Below are positions 40,084-52,600 of a stretch of 64,000 nucleotides of DNA, piece by piece (position 1 is the stretch's first letter; every line of letters starts with the position of its first letter). The stretch is from Marsupella aquatica. Its lineage: Eukaryota > Plantae > Marchantiophyta. The position numbers were made by a program, and so were the translations under genes. Under the pieces are notes generated by a model. That model did not search any database and was not told where the DNA came from. It worked only from the letters and a program-made list of their open reading frames with translations. The stretch is from the NCBI GenBank assembly GCA_973895155.1, contig OZ316893.1:4446490-4510489 (forward strand), written 5' to 3'.

Positions 40084-42430
40084 CTCAATGTAAAATCTTT
40101 CGACGACTCACTGCAACGTAAACATTCTATTCCTCAACACAACAAAATCCAAAAAACGAAAACAACGAAGGAAGGAAACATCTCAACGTACTGCAAGCAT
40201 ACCTGGCTGCCTCCGTAGCTGATCCATATGAACCTGGAATATATAACAAGGGGTCATTTAGAATTGTCTTCCGGTCATCCAAAATAGTTTTGACCTAAGA
40301 AAAAAGTCTTGACCTAAATCTTAAGACTTTTCTTATTGGAAATTAAATGCCTCGATCTAATAAATGCTACTAACAGGAGATGAACGAGGAAAGAATAGCA
40401 TGATCGATGGCGTGTAGAATAGCGTGTAGAAACATGCTGGGCTGTTAAGGTAAGTACTCGCCTATATAAAATTGCTTTCCATCCCTGCAGAATGAGTTAC
40501 ATTGCAGTGATTTAGTATTCATTTGATCAAGTACTTCTGATTGGACCTTACTAGCTGCATGAACGCTACAACGTATATGATTCTTTCCCCTATTCAAAAG
40601 TGTATATATCTTGGATACATTTTGTAGGTCATCCTTCGAAAAGTATAGGCATGAACAACGCACTAGGGTGGCGGGGAAAAAATATTGGAGGAGCTGATCA
40701 GAGTACATTAGTGGGAATTGATCAGTTATTAACGATATCAACCACACCGAATAACTCTTGAAAATACTGCGCAATATATATCATAGTCACGAGCCCGCTT
40801 ATGACGCATAGACACCAGATAAGATTCAGAACCCAGGACTAAGCTCAGCTTCAAGTACGCATCTACTATTAATATATTGACTGACAGTTTCGTTCATACC
40901 ATATGTGTGGGCCGTCCAACGACCGATTCGTTTGTAGAAGTTGATACCTAGAAGGCCAAGCTTCGTCGCATCAGGAAGACATACACCGTTCCGTATTTCC
41001 AGTAAATCAGCTCCAGACTTACTGCGTGTCGTTACAGAATCAGCACCAGCGCTGTTTGGTATCGTCACAGAATCATCTGTGATACATATATGAAACACAA
41101 AGCACTTATAAACTAGTGTGTTCGATTAGTACATGCCAAACAGTCTGACCTAAATCTTAAAGTTCTTCTTATTGGAAAGTAAGAATATGCACGTACACAC
41201 ATCTTCTATTACATACTACAGGAAATGAATATATTGCACAAAGAGCGAATTGCATGATGCGTGTAGAACATGCTGAGTGGGCTGTTAGGGTAAGTACTCG
41301 CCTATGTAAAATTTCTTTCCATCCCTGCAGAATGAGTAACATTACAATGAATTAGTACTACGTCTGAGTATCTGATTAATCGCCTTAACTAACTCCAGGA
41401 ACTCAACAGCATATCTCTTAATTTCCTCTATCCACAAGTGTAATACTCATTAGCAATGACATTAACCACATGCTTTGGATATATGCATGGACAACAAATA
41501 AGATTCAGAACCCCGAGAGAATTTATGAGAAGCAGCTCTAAGCTCAGGTTCAATCAAAATCTACTGGTAATTGATTGGCATTTTCGTACCATATGTAGGG
41601 AGTCCAACCACAGGTGCTTTCGTTGTAGACAGCGATACCATTGAGACCAAGCTTCGTTGGAGCTGCAGGAGCACAAACGCCCTTTCTTATCTCCAATAAA
41701 TGAGCTCTAGTGTTTTCGGCTGTCTCAACAGAATCAGCTGCAACTTGTTCACATGCCCGTTCACATGGTACCATCGAAATTGTTCCGCTATTTTGAACAT
41801 TCAATTGTTTTTGCGGTTTCTGGAACAGGTGCACTGCTCCAGTAGTCGTAACCTTCAATACTTTGGGGGGACCCTCCTGAGGTTCCACTGCTCCAGCAGT
41901 CTTAAATTTTAGTGTCGCTGGGGGACTCTCCGGCCTGAGGTTGCACTGCTCCAGCAGTCTTAACCTTAAATTTTTTGGGGGAACTCCCTTGCAGTTGCAC
42001 TCGCTCTTCACGGGACTTTTCATCATATATTTAGGATGGCCTCTTCCCCTTGAGTCATTCCTATATAGTGCTGTTCTGAACGAGTTGCATGTGTTTGAAA
42101 ATCGCCCCAGGCCTCATTCATGACAAAGTTCTGGGACTGAGGATGAGGAGGAGTTCCCTTGAGTTTTTTTCCCTTCTTTCCTTTTTGTGCCCTGTTCTCT
42201 GCAAGGCGGGTGGCGGCCTCTACCAGTATGTGAAAATTGGTGAAGTCAGCATCATCCATCATGGTATTCTCTTCAGTCTTCCAGGGTCGTTTCCCATTTG
42301 TCTGCTGCTTCTGGGGCTTTCCAGTTATCCCAGGATTTCTTCCGTGCTTGGACATAAAACTTGTACTACGGCCGCGGGCGTTCCTCTTCGATACTGACGA
42401 TAAAATTGAACCTCTCCTTACGGAAACCAT
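39005..42430 (-). pseudogene. Highly divergent euAP2-like transcription factor gene or pseudogene with internal duplication
   Basis: euAP2 exon architecture: GINFYKRIGRWTAH | DGKQFYIG (23 nt, 40484-40462; duplicate 41324-41302) | GSYGSATEAAR (31 nt, 40233-40203) | AYDKAS..DY..DVKE (39974-39881) | MATLTNEQFRELL..GVT..GRFEVKI (39768-39626). The 5' region appears frameshifted; the 3' end is uncertain. Confidence 0.78.
40049..40082. repeat. (TA)17 microsatellite, intronic
   Basis: Directly visible. Confidence 0.95.
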
Positions 42431-45400
42431 ATTGGCTCTATTCTAAGCATGGTGTACCTAATTAAGAACACCGGCAAGACAAGTCAGCGAGGTTGTGAAG
42501 GCTGTGACTTCTAGTTTTCTCAGCATGCATGTCGTGATGAAGTCCATCTACTGCGATGTATTCTCTTCTAAATTAAACCTTCAGTCCTGTAATCTTATCA
42601 TCCAACGTAATTCCAGCTCTACCTCTGATAGTGAATGATCATCTCAGAAGAACAAGCTGGCTTCTTAAAGCATAAGCGGAGACGCCGACACGTAAAACAT
42701 TTTGGCTCACTTGGAATTCTGATGAAAAGAGGATTGCCTAAAAACATCCTACAGACAGAAGAACAGTGATATATCTACTTCGTCTGTACTTCCAGATATT
42801 AAATCAAATGGACGCATCTCTAAATTAATGTTGCCTGGTATGTGACTTCCCTGTTGTACAGTATACGAAATCTGATGGTACCTGTAAATTCAAGAAAATC
42901 TAACACTTCACTTCAATTAGTTAGCAACTAGGGTAGCTTGAAGAGAAGGGATCGATATCAGATCCCTGGCCTGAACAAGTGATATAAACGAGAACAGTAA
43001 TTAAGCCATGGAAAATAGTACCTCTCCTAAGCTTGAATAAGCTAGCACCCCAAATTTCGACAGCAATCTTGTAAGCTTCAATACTTATATATTTCAAGTG
43101 CACAAACAGCATCGATCAAGCAACGAAACACTGCTGAATGATGCAGGCCAAATGGAGAAGCCAGGCTTAAATGAACATAGCACGGAGAACCGGCACAATG
43201 ATAGCCTCGGCTCAGTGACTAAGGACATTGCCGACTTGTCAAGATCGAGCAGAGTGACCCCTGCTTAATTGTTGACTTAGGACGGACCTGTTGCTTAATT
43301 TAATGTGTTACTGACTCTTGGAACGGGGCTCACGAGTGTGTTAATATTGTGTTACTAGCGAGTTTACTAGCTGGCTATAGTATCCCGAGCGAGGAAAGAT
43401 AGTGTTAATAATGTGTTACTGGCTATTGGAACTGGGCTCAGTACTGACTATTGGCTCACGAGAAAAGTAACTGTGAGTCATTTGTTGAGTCAACCAATCC
43501 TCACGGACATCTGCACTTTACGTTGTTTCGCCCCACACTCCTATTGTATACCAAGACTTCGTACTTGGGTTGGGGTACATCGCGCGTGTAAGACATGGTC
43601 TTTAAACTCAAAGTGCATGTCTGTCATTTTAACGCCCCTTGCAAACGATCCACGTATCCTTTGTCCCCGACCGTCCCACATAAACCAAACTCACTTGGAA
43701 ATACAATTAACGATCCCTGTAAGGTTTTTTTTCTAGCTAAGCCTAAAACTGAGCCAAGACTGATCGACATGACAATATGATAAACTATCCATATATTGCA
43801 CTTTTCTTGGCAGTCATAAAATACACCCTTGGAAATAGCAGAACTGACACAACTGAAGGCAAAACTGACATCTCCCATGTGGGACAATTACCGACTTTAT
43901 TGAGGCTTTCCTTTTCATCTGAACAAAGATGTGGGGAAAAACGCGAAGTGTGTAAAGTGGACACTTCCCTAGCTCTGAATGTAGGAGATTTGTCCACTTG
44001 CATCTTTGATGGGTAATACACATTTACTTATGTTGCGAAGTTTGCCAGAAGGAAATTGTACTTATGCTGCGAAGAAGGAAATTGTGTAACTCCCACACTT
44101 GGGTAATGCTGGGATTTTCCACATCCCTAGCGTTGAAGGAAGGTTACCATAATTTTATAAGCGGGTTATGCTTACGTACCGGTAGTTTTTGGAAGCCCTA
44201 TGTTGAAAGCTGGGATTTTAGGATAGTGCCTCAAACCGGGCCTCAAACATTCTCCCCTGTCAACTCCAATTCCATAATTGTTCAGTCAAGGAGTATTGAA
44301 AATCCCTGCGCATCCTCAGGAATTACTCATGAGCATGCTGGGTAGTTTCCCTGCTTTCCCTGCTATCAGCAATATAGGCGTTCCACATCAACTCAAAACG
44401 AGAAGCTTCTATTTTCAAAAGTAAAAATGTGTATAATTCTACCTCTTCTACTTCGAGTGTTAACAGATCACAAGATTACTAAAATAAACTATTCTTCCCC
44501 ACAAAGCAGTTTGACACTATACCCTTGAAACCTTATATTTATCTTAAAATATTTGAGATATGTTTCTGAGTAAGGTACGTGGAGAACGCAGCCAACGTGG
44601 AGACAACATGAACACTATACCCCGGGCTATATACCCTTGAAACCTTATCCTCCTCTTAAGATAATCGAAGAAAGTTTCTGAGTAACGTGAGAAATCGTAG
44701 CCCACTCGAAGAAAACATGAAAACAGAGTCGGATCGAAACTGCAATCGATGGAAGGATCGACATTGAAAAATAGATATAACGATGTCGAATGATATGAAA
44801 ATTATTCAAGACGGGTACTGAAAATTTTCGAAAACACAAATTCTCCTTACACTTCACAGGCAGCGGGCGGGGGGCAAATAATATTCTGAATCGATACTTG
44901 AATGGGGCAAATACTCTGAATCAATACTTGACTTTCAGTGCACTTTTTCTGGCAGGTGATGCTGGTGGGGATCAGCTTCCGAATTCATAATGAGCATCTA
45001 ATGCATGTACGTCTACTAATCGAACCAGCCAGGATCCGAATTTAGCAGAATTGTCGTTCTACAAGCGCAAGCAAAAAGTAAGAAACCCGGGTGGCACATG
45101 CACACGTGACACAACAGCCTCCGATGACTACAGTAGAAAAATAATATTATCAATTGTGAATTACTGCTCGGCTTTTGAAAGAGAATTGGAGATCCAGTCT
45201 TTTCGGCTTAATGCTTTGTCGATTCTAGCTCTATCTGCATGTATGTTCCTTTGTTAAAACTGGGCTAGCTAGCCTGTCCTGCAGTATGTCATGTACGTAC
45301 CTTCTCTTCCTCCCTCTCTCCCTGCCTCCCTCCCTGCCTCCCTCCCTCTAGATCTGCCTTGCTTATGATTTTTGTGTCTGAATGCTTTTGTGCTAGTTTA

Positions 45401-47274
45401 GGTACGTGGCTTGGTTGGTGGAGGGTGGGTCTACGGCCCTTCCCGTCGGTGGCTTGGGCTGCTTGGTGGATATATCTAGCTTGTGCCCTGTATCCGTCCA
45501 TCCCTGCCTCCCCTCCTCTCTAGATCGATCCCATTCTGACTAGTCCTAGTTGTGCTTCTGTACATAACTGGCCTGGTTCTTCCAGCCTGATAGACCCACC
45601 CTCCGATTTTGTGGCTAAGTTAAGGCGCGCCGGATGGTTGGTGGTCCAGTTTGGTATCTCTCTGCCCTGCTGACTAACCATAGTCTTAGGTAGCATGTCT
45701 GGGTACCTTGGTGGCTTGGTTGCGTTCATCGATCCAGCTGGCCTGACCAACGTACCTGGCCTCCCTCCATTACCTGGGGCCTTACGTACTGAGCAGTAGC
45801 GACTAAGATACTTTCGCACAGCAGGGTAACTTCTATGAGAAATAACCTGAGTGTAACCAAGTAGTGCAGAGTAGCTAGAGGAAAAGTGGGATTGAGTAGT
45901 AAGCAAAGAATGAACTGGCCGGAAGGTCAGAGCACAATAGACTTTTACACTGCTAAAACCATGCGTAATCAACGCCCATATACTGTCACAAGATGGTAAA
46001 TGGCAAGTTACATGGGAAGGCTAACTCATAGTCCAGGGATGCGATTAGTGCTTCTTAGCGCGCCTCCATATAGAATCTACCCTGGGGTCTACACCTCACC
46101 AAGCCTACCTGCTCTAACCATAGGCAAATCAGATAGATATGTTGGGAGTTTTATAAAGCTATGTAAAAACGATATGGACAGCTGTAAGGCAAAGCAACAC
46201 CATTTGTACAATTACGCGGCTTAATTTTGGTTGGGATTGTATCAGGCTTCTGTAAAGGATCCAGCCATGGGCCTACATCTCGATCACCTGTCACATTTCG
46301 GTAGGTAAACTGATTGAGCCACATGGATGGCGAGTCTCCTCGATCTACTGCAGAATCTTAATATCTCCTCCAATAAGGAGAGACTGATCCATTACTCTGG
46401 ACTATGGCTTGCATTCTAGCTTTGAAGATCCCCGTGTAGATCGAATATATTCACGTACTACTCCAATGCTGCCCTATTCCCGGGGGTACAGTTATTAGTC
46501 AATTTCCTTCCTGTGGTTGGTTAGTATTTGATTCAACTACGTACCTTGTCCAGGGAAGGATGTTAGGAGATGCATTTTTGGTCAATTTCATCTCAGTCGT
46601 TGGTTAGTATATATTTGCCTTAATACGTGGTCCAGGTAAGGAGGGCACTTGCTTTTTTAATTGGCCATTGATCACTTCGGATCAGTTCTCCTCTCCATCC
46701 GCCTGAGCAGAGTATATAAGTAGGGCCGCTTGTCATTCTCACTCATTCTCCACTTCTCTCTCTTCGCGCCTGGCTCACTCACCAGCATCGATCACGTTGG
46801 TGCCCATCAACTTAACTCCTCACCTTATTCTCACCAAGAGCTGTAGTGTGATCGATCGAGCTTGAGCTTTAGTTTGTGCTTACCTCCTAGCTGGAACTAG
46901 CTAGTACATGCAGGGAAAAGTCCGAGACTAGTGCACTAGCAAAGGTGGGCTTTTGGACCAGATTGGAGGACCAGTATGAATTTTAGCCTCCTCTTCACGC
47001 CCTTTCAATTAATTGATTCAGGTGCAGTCTCTACTCACGGGTGATGCAGTTTTGCAACTCTCCTCCATGCATGACCTCGAAGATTTTGCAGGATTGACTG
47101 TAGATCGGTAAAAGTTGAGAATTAATACATCATCTAATGGCAACCATGCTTTTGTTGTGCGCCAATGCTATTTACTTCCTCTTTGGAGTGATTCTTCTTC
47201 TAGAACATCCCAACTGATTTCATTTGCTTAGGAGACCCATAACCCAGACTCTTATTCTATTATCTTTCATTTAA

Positions 47275-48867
47275 CAACAAAGATGCAGTCATTGAAGGAC
47301 AACAAAATTTGGGAGCTTGTCAAGCTGCGTGAGGGATAGCAAGTGACCAGTGGACAGCAAGTGGATATACAAGTTGAAGGATCAGTGCACAAGAGATGGA
47401 TCGAAAGTCTACAAGGCTAGGTTGGTAGCCAAGTGATTCATACAAGAAAAATATATGGATTACAATGAGGTCTTCTCACCTGTTGCTAAGTACTCAACAA
47501 TACGGCTATTGTGTGTGTTTATTGTTATGTTTGGTCTGTTGCTACATCAAATGGATGTTGTCACAACTTTCCTCTATGGCACCTTGGAAGAGTTAATCTT
47601 CATGAGATAACTGCTAGGTTTTGTGAAAAAAGGGCAAGAGGATTTGGTTTGCAGATTGTTGAGATCCTTGTATGGGTTGAAGCAGTCACCAAGACAGTGG
47701 AATAAATGATTTGATGGTTGGATTCGTGCGCAAGGCTTTCACAAGAGTATGTTTGACCCATGTGTGTACCTTAAACCGGTGAAGAATATTGTCTTTGGGT
47801 TCATTGTTTTAGTACTTTATGTTGATGACATGCTTATTGCAGCCAATGATAAGTCTGAGATTGTTAAGCTCAATGCACTGCTTAGTGCAGAGGTTAAGAT
47901 GAAGGACTTAGGGCCAGCTAAGAGGATTTTGGATATGGAGATCACTAGGGACTTGGAGGCTGGCAAGTTATGGTTGACGCAGAGCAATTATGCGAGGAAG
48001 ATAATTACAAGGTTCAACATGAGGCATAATAAGCCAGTGAGTACCCGTTGGCTCCATATTTCAAGTTGTCATCAGCTTTTTGTCCTACGAATGAGACAGA
48101 GAAGAGACTGATGCCAAATGTTCCTTATGACAAGGCAGTGGGTAGTCTCATGTATTTGATGACTTGCACTAGACCTGATCTTGTCATGGCTATGGGCAAG
48201 GTGAGCAGGTTAATGTCAAATCCAGGGAAGATACACTGGGAAGCAGTGAAATGGATTATTCGATACTTGAAGGGTATCGTGGATCATGGTCTATTGTTTG
48301 ATGCACATGCTGATAATGCTAGATCATTGATGGGCTATGAAGATGTTGACTATGCACAGGATCTGGATCAGAGGAGGTCAACAACAAATTATGTGTTCAC
48401 ACTTCACGGTGGATGCATAAGTTGGAGGTCTATTTTGTAGAAGTGTATTGTTCAGTCTACTACAGAAGCGGATCGAGTATGTTGCAACAACGAAAGCAGC
48501 AAAGGAAGCAATTTGGTAGGATAGATTGATCACTGAGATGAGATTGTCACAGGGGAATGTGAAGCTCTATTGTGATAGTCAAAGTGCGCTTCACCTTGCT
48601 ATGGACCAGGTGATGGACAGTAGAGTGAAGCACATCGACATCAGGTACCATTTTATCAGGCAAGCTTTGTCTGATAATATGTTTGAGCTAGTCAATATTG
48701 ACGGTAAACTCAACCCGACTAACGCTTTTACCAAAGTGATTCCTTGGGAGAGTTTTTCTAGATACCGTGATGTGTTGCAGGTTTTACAATTGCCTCACAA
48801 GTAGGGTAACTTAATATTTGTGTAGATACGAAGATATGCTCTTGCTCATTCCTTTACAGACTATGAC
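47275..48867 (+). mobile_element. Degenerate Copia (Tork-like) RT-RNase H fragment
   Basis: MQSLKDNK, YVDD, MKDLGPAKRIL, TRPDL, YCDSQSA, KHIDIRYHFIR with stops and frameshifts; same family as the element at 50946-56333. Confidence 0.92.
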
Positions 48868-49620
48868 CACTAGTAGAAAACATGGTTGTTTATGACTGCA
48901 ACAATGACAACCCAACTGGTCTTTTCATCAAAATAATGACGCATTTGATTCTGTCTTTCCAGACGCGTTGCATTGGACAAATGCATCATGGTCATATCGG
49001 ACAAATGACCCAAAAGTCTCATGGTCATTTATTATTGTCCAAAATGACTCTAATATTTTTGGGTCATAAATGACTAACGGTCCAAAATGACGTAAAAAAT
49101 TGTCATCGATGGTCTTGTGCCGTTCATTGTTGACGGTCACCGTCACCAATAACAGAATGCCACGTGTCCATCGACTAAACAAATAATATGATATTTCAGA
49201 CAAGTCCAAAATGACCCATATTTTGAGCGAATGAAATACAGACACATGGCATCTCTAGTGATCAACATGTGGCAATAATTTCTTGTCATTACAGACATGT
49301 CTAAAATGACTAAAGATGTGATGAATCATTAGCCGCCATGTGGATCATTCTCTCATAGCACATTGGAGAAACTTTGTTGTCATTTTGGATATGTCCAAAG
49401 TGACCCTACTTCAAGCGAGTTAAGTGACGACACATTGCATAAGTCAATCAGTCATTTTGGACAGTCATTACACATGTCATATTGTCATGGCTAAAATGAC
49501 TACATAAGGGGTAATTAAATATGTTATTTCACGGTGTCATTTTGGATGTCATAAGGCACCGTCATTTATAATGTCATTTTGAGTGTCATGGAGGGTGTTA
49601 TTTTGACACTCATGTATTTA
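48868..49620 (+). mobile_element. CACTA (En/Spm) transposon terminus with subterminal repeats
   Basis: CACTAGTAGAAAA starts at 48868 where Copia similarity ends, followed by many aaaatgac / gtcatttt motifs in both orientations. Confidence 0.8.
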
Positions 49621-52600
49621 GAAGTTTTCTATTGCATCTTTGAAAAAAGGAAATCACTAGATGTTACTCAAAAAATGATAACGGATGACATTCAATATGA
49701 TAAATGCATAATACATATAGAATGACAAATCATACATCCCTACATAACGAATACAATCATCCAAAGATAATGGAAGTTACTCATAGATGTATTTTGAAAG
49801 AACCAAATAGAAATCATTTATTGATTAAGACTCAATGATTGAAAAGCTATGTGGGAAACACAATTTGGATAGTTTAATCAATGCATCTACAATGGAATGA
49901 GGGCACTCTTGACCATCTAATCCTGTAGCCTATCTTTAGCAATCTACGGTAGCTTATTGTGTTTCAACTCTATCAGAAATGTTCTAATTAAGAGTGACTT
50001 TCCTTGCTCACCACAAATTGATCACTCTGTACAATTGATACAAAGACAATCATGTACAATACACAGAAGTTGTGAGACATTGCAGTTCTCAATATGTCTC
50101 TATTATATGCAGTATTGACTATTAGAATGTTGGCTTCAACTGGTTAGACATAACTTACAACAATAAAATAAGTGACATGAAAAAATAACACACTCTAGTG
50201 ATCCTGTATTGCGGGCATTGTTTGAGAGGCAAGTACTTGTTATAAATTCCAAGAGGTACCTGCCCACAAGTCTTCGTCCTCCGTGTAGCTTGTGGAACTT
50301 GTTCAGCTCTGCATTATCAACATTCTCTTGCCCTCATCAAAATTATTGGCCAGATCCTCCAATTCCATCCCACTGTAGCATCCAAAGTCCACTTCATTCC
50401 AACATTGCATTGGTAAGCTAGCCTTAATTATTGTCATCGCAAACTAACAAGTATCTGAATACTGCTCTCTCCATCATGAGATAACATATCATTTGAGTCT
50501 TCAGGTTGCAGGATCTTTGCGAAGAGGACAGCCAACATTGAAATTCTAAATTAGCATGCCAGACTTACCAAAAGGCCTCTCAAAAATATCCTCTTGTCAC
50601 CAAAGTTGAACATAAACAATGCCAGCAACTTACTCATGTTTATCTAGGTCCTAGTCAAGAGCTTAATATCTAGTACCCATCAAAAGTGCAAGAACGCCAG
50701 TCGAGCAATGGGACCAAAACCAATAAGTAAATTTGGAGAAGGGACTACACCTTTCTAGGGTGGCACAAGGACCAATGGTACCTTTTATCCTCAAGTCCTT
50801 TGACAATCATTTCAAATATATCACTGCCAGCAAGTACAAAACAAAACATAATTTTTTTTTTATCAAAGCATCTGTCCCTACCAGAATTTCACATAAAAAG
50901 TAGATTCCTTCCTGGCTTGTCATCCAAAAAAACCAAGTGAACAAGCATCAATGATCTAGCATTATCAGCATGTGCATCAAACAATAGACCATGATCCACG
51001 ATACCCTTCAAGTACCGAATAATCTGGCACTTCACTGCTTCCCAGTGTACCTTCCCTGGATTCGACATGTACCTGCTCACCTTGCCCATAGCCATGGCAA
51101 GATCAAGTCTAGTGCAAGTCATCAATACATGAGACTCCCCACTGCCTTGTCATAAGGAACGTTTGACATCAACCCCTTCTCTGTCTCATCTGTAGGACAG
51201 AAAACTGATGACAACTTGAAGTGTGGAGCCAACGGGGTACTCACTGGCTTACTATCCTCCATGTTGAACCTTACAATTACCTTCTTCGCATAACTGCTCT
51301 GCGTCAACCATAGCTTGCCAGCCTCCAAGTCCCTAGTGATCTCCATACCCAAAATCCTCTTAGCTGGCCCTAAGTCCTTCATCTTAAACTCTATACTTAG
51401 CAGTGCCTTGAGCTCAACAATCTCAGACCTGTCCTTGGCCGCAATAAGCATGTCATCCACATAAAGTACTAAAACAATGAACCCAAAGACAACATTCTTC
51501 ACCGGTTTAAGATACACACATGGGTCAAACACACTCCTATGAAAGCCTTGTGCACGAATCCAATCATCAAACCGCTTATTCCATTGTCTTGGTGACTGCT
51601 TCAACCCGTACAAGGATCTCAACAATCTGCAAACCAAATCCTCTTGCCCTCTCTTCACAAAACCTAGCGGCTGTCTCATGAAGATCACCTCTTCCAAGGT
51701 GCCATAGAGGAAGGTTGTGACAACATCCATCTGATCTAGCAGCAGACCAAACATAACAACAAGCACACACAATAGCCGTATTGTTGAGTACTTAGCAATT
51801 GGTGAGAAGACCTCATTGTAATCCACACCTTTTTCTTGTGTAAATCCCTTGGCTACCAACCTAGCCTTGTAGACCTTCGATCCACCTCCCGTGGATTGAT
51901 CCTTCAGCTTGTATATCCACTTGCTGTCCACCACTTGCTGTCCCTCAGGCAGCTTGACAAGCTCCCACGTTTTGTTGTCCTTCAATGACTGCATCTCCGT
52001 TTGCATTGCTGCAATCCACTCCTGCTTCTCCTTAGAAGTACTTGCCTCATGAAATGAAGAAGGTTCCCCTTCTTCCAAAATCAACGCATCACCCTCATCG
52101 TCAGTAACAAAATCCTCCTCTTGCAATTGAGATGAATCAACCCACTGTCCATACCTTGGTGGAACGCGTACAGTGGGACTAAATATTCTTCTAGCCGATG
52201 ACTTTGGTTGATATGCGCTAGCTGGTACAATTTGAAGCTCAGCAGCATCCACTTGCTGCTCACCAGCATCAACAAACTCCTCTAATTCCTGTGGCACAGG
52301 AACCAACTCCATATTTGGAGCAACTCCTTCTCTCCGGTCATGGACCTCATGACCAATCTCCCCCTCAACGAGATCCGGGATAGGAGATTTTCCTTTGTCA
52401 GTACGGGAGACCTGAGTATTCTCCCCCTCCTTGAATAATCTGGATTCATTGAAGGAAACATCCCTACTGACAACCAACTTACAAGCAATAGGATCCCATA
52501 GCCTATAGGCTTTCACACCACTCTGGTACCCGAGAAAAACACATTTCTTGGAGGTAGGATCCAACTTAGTCCTAATCTGCTTCGGTGTGAGAGCATATGC

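Noticed and set aside
45520-45972. 150-aa minus-strand ORF
   Set aside because: TTG start, no recognisable motifs or splice context.
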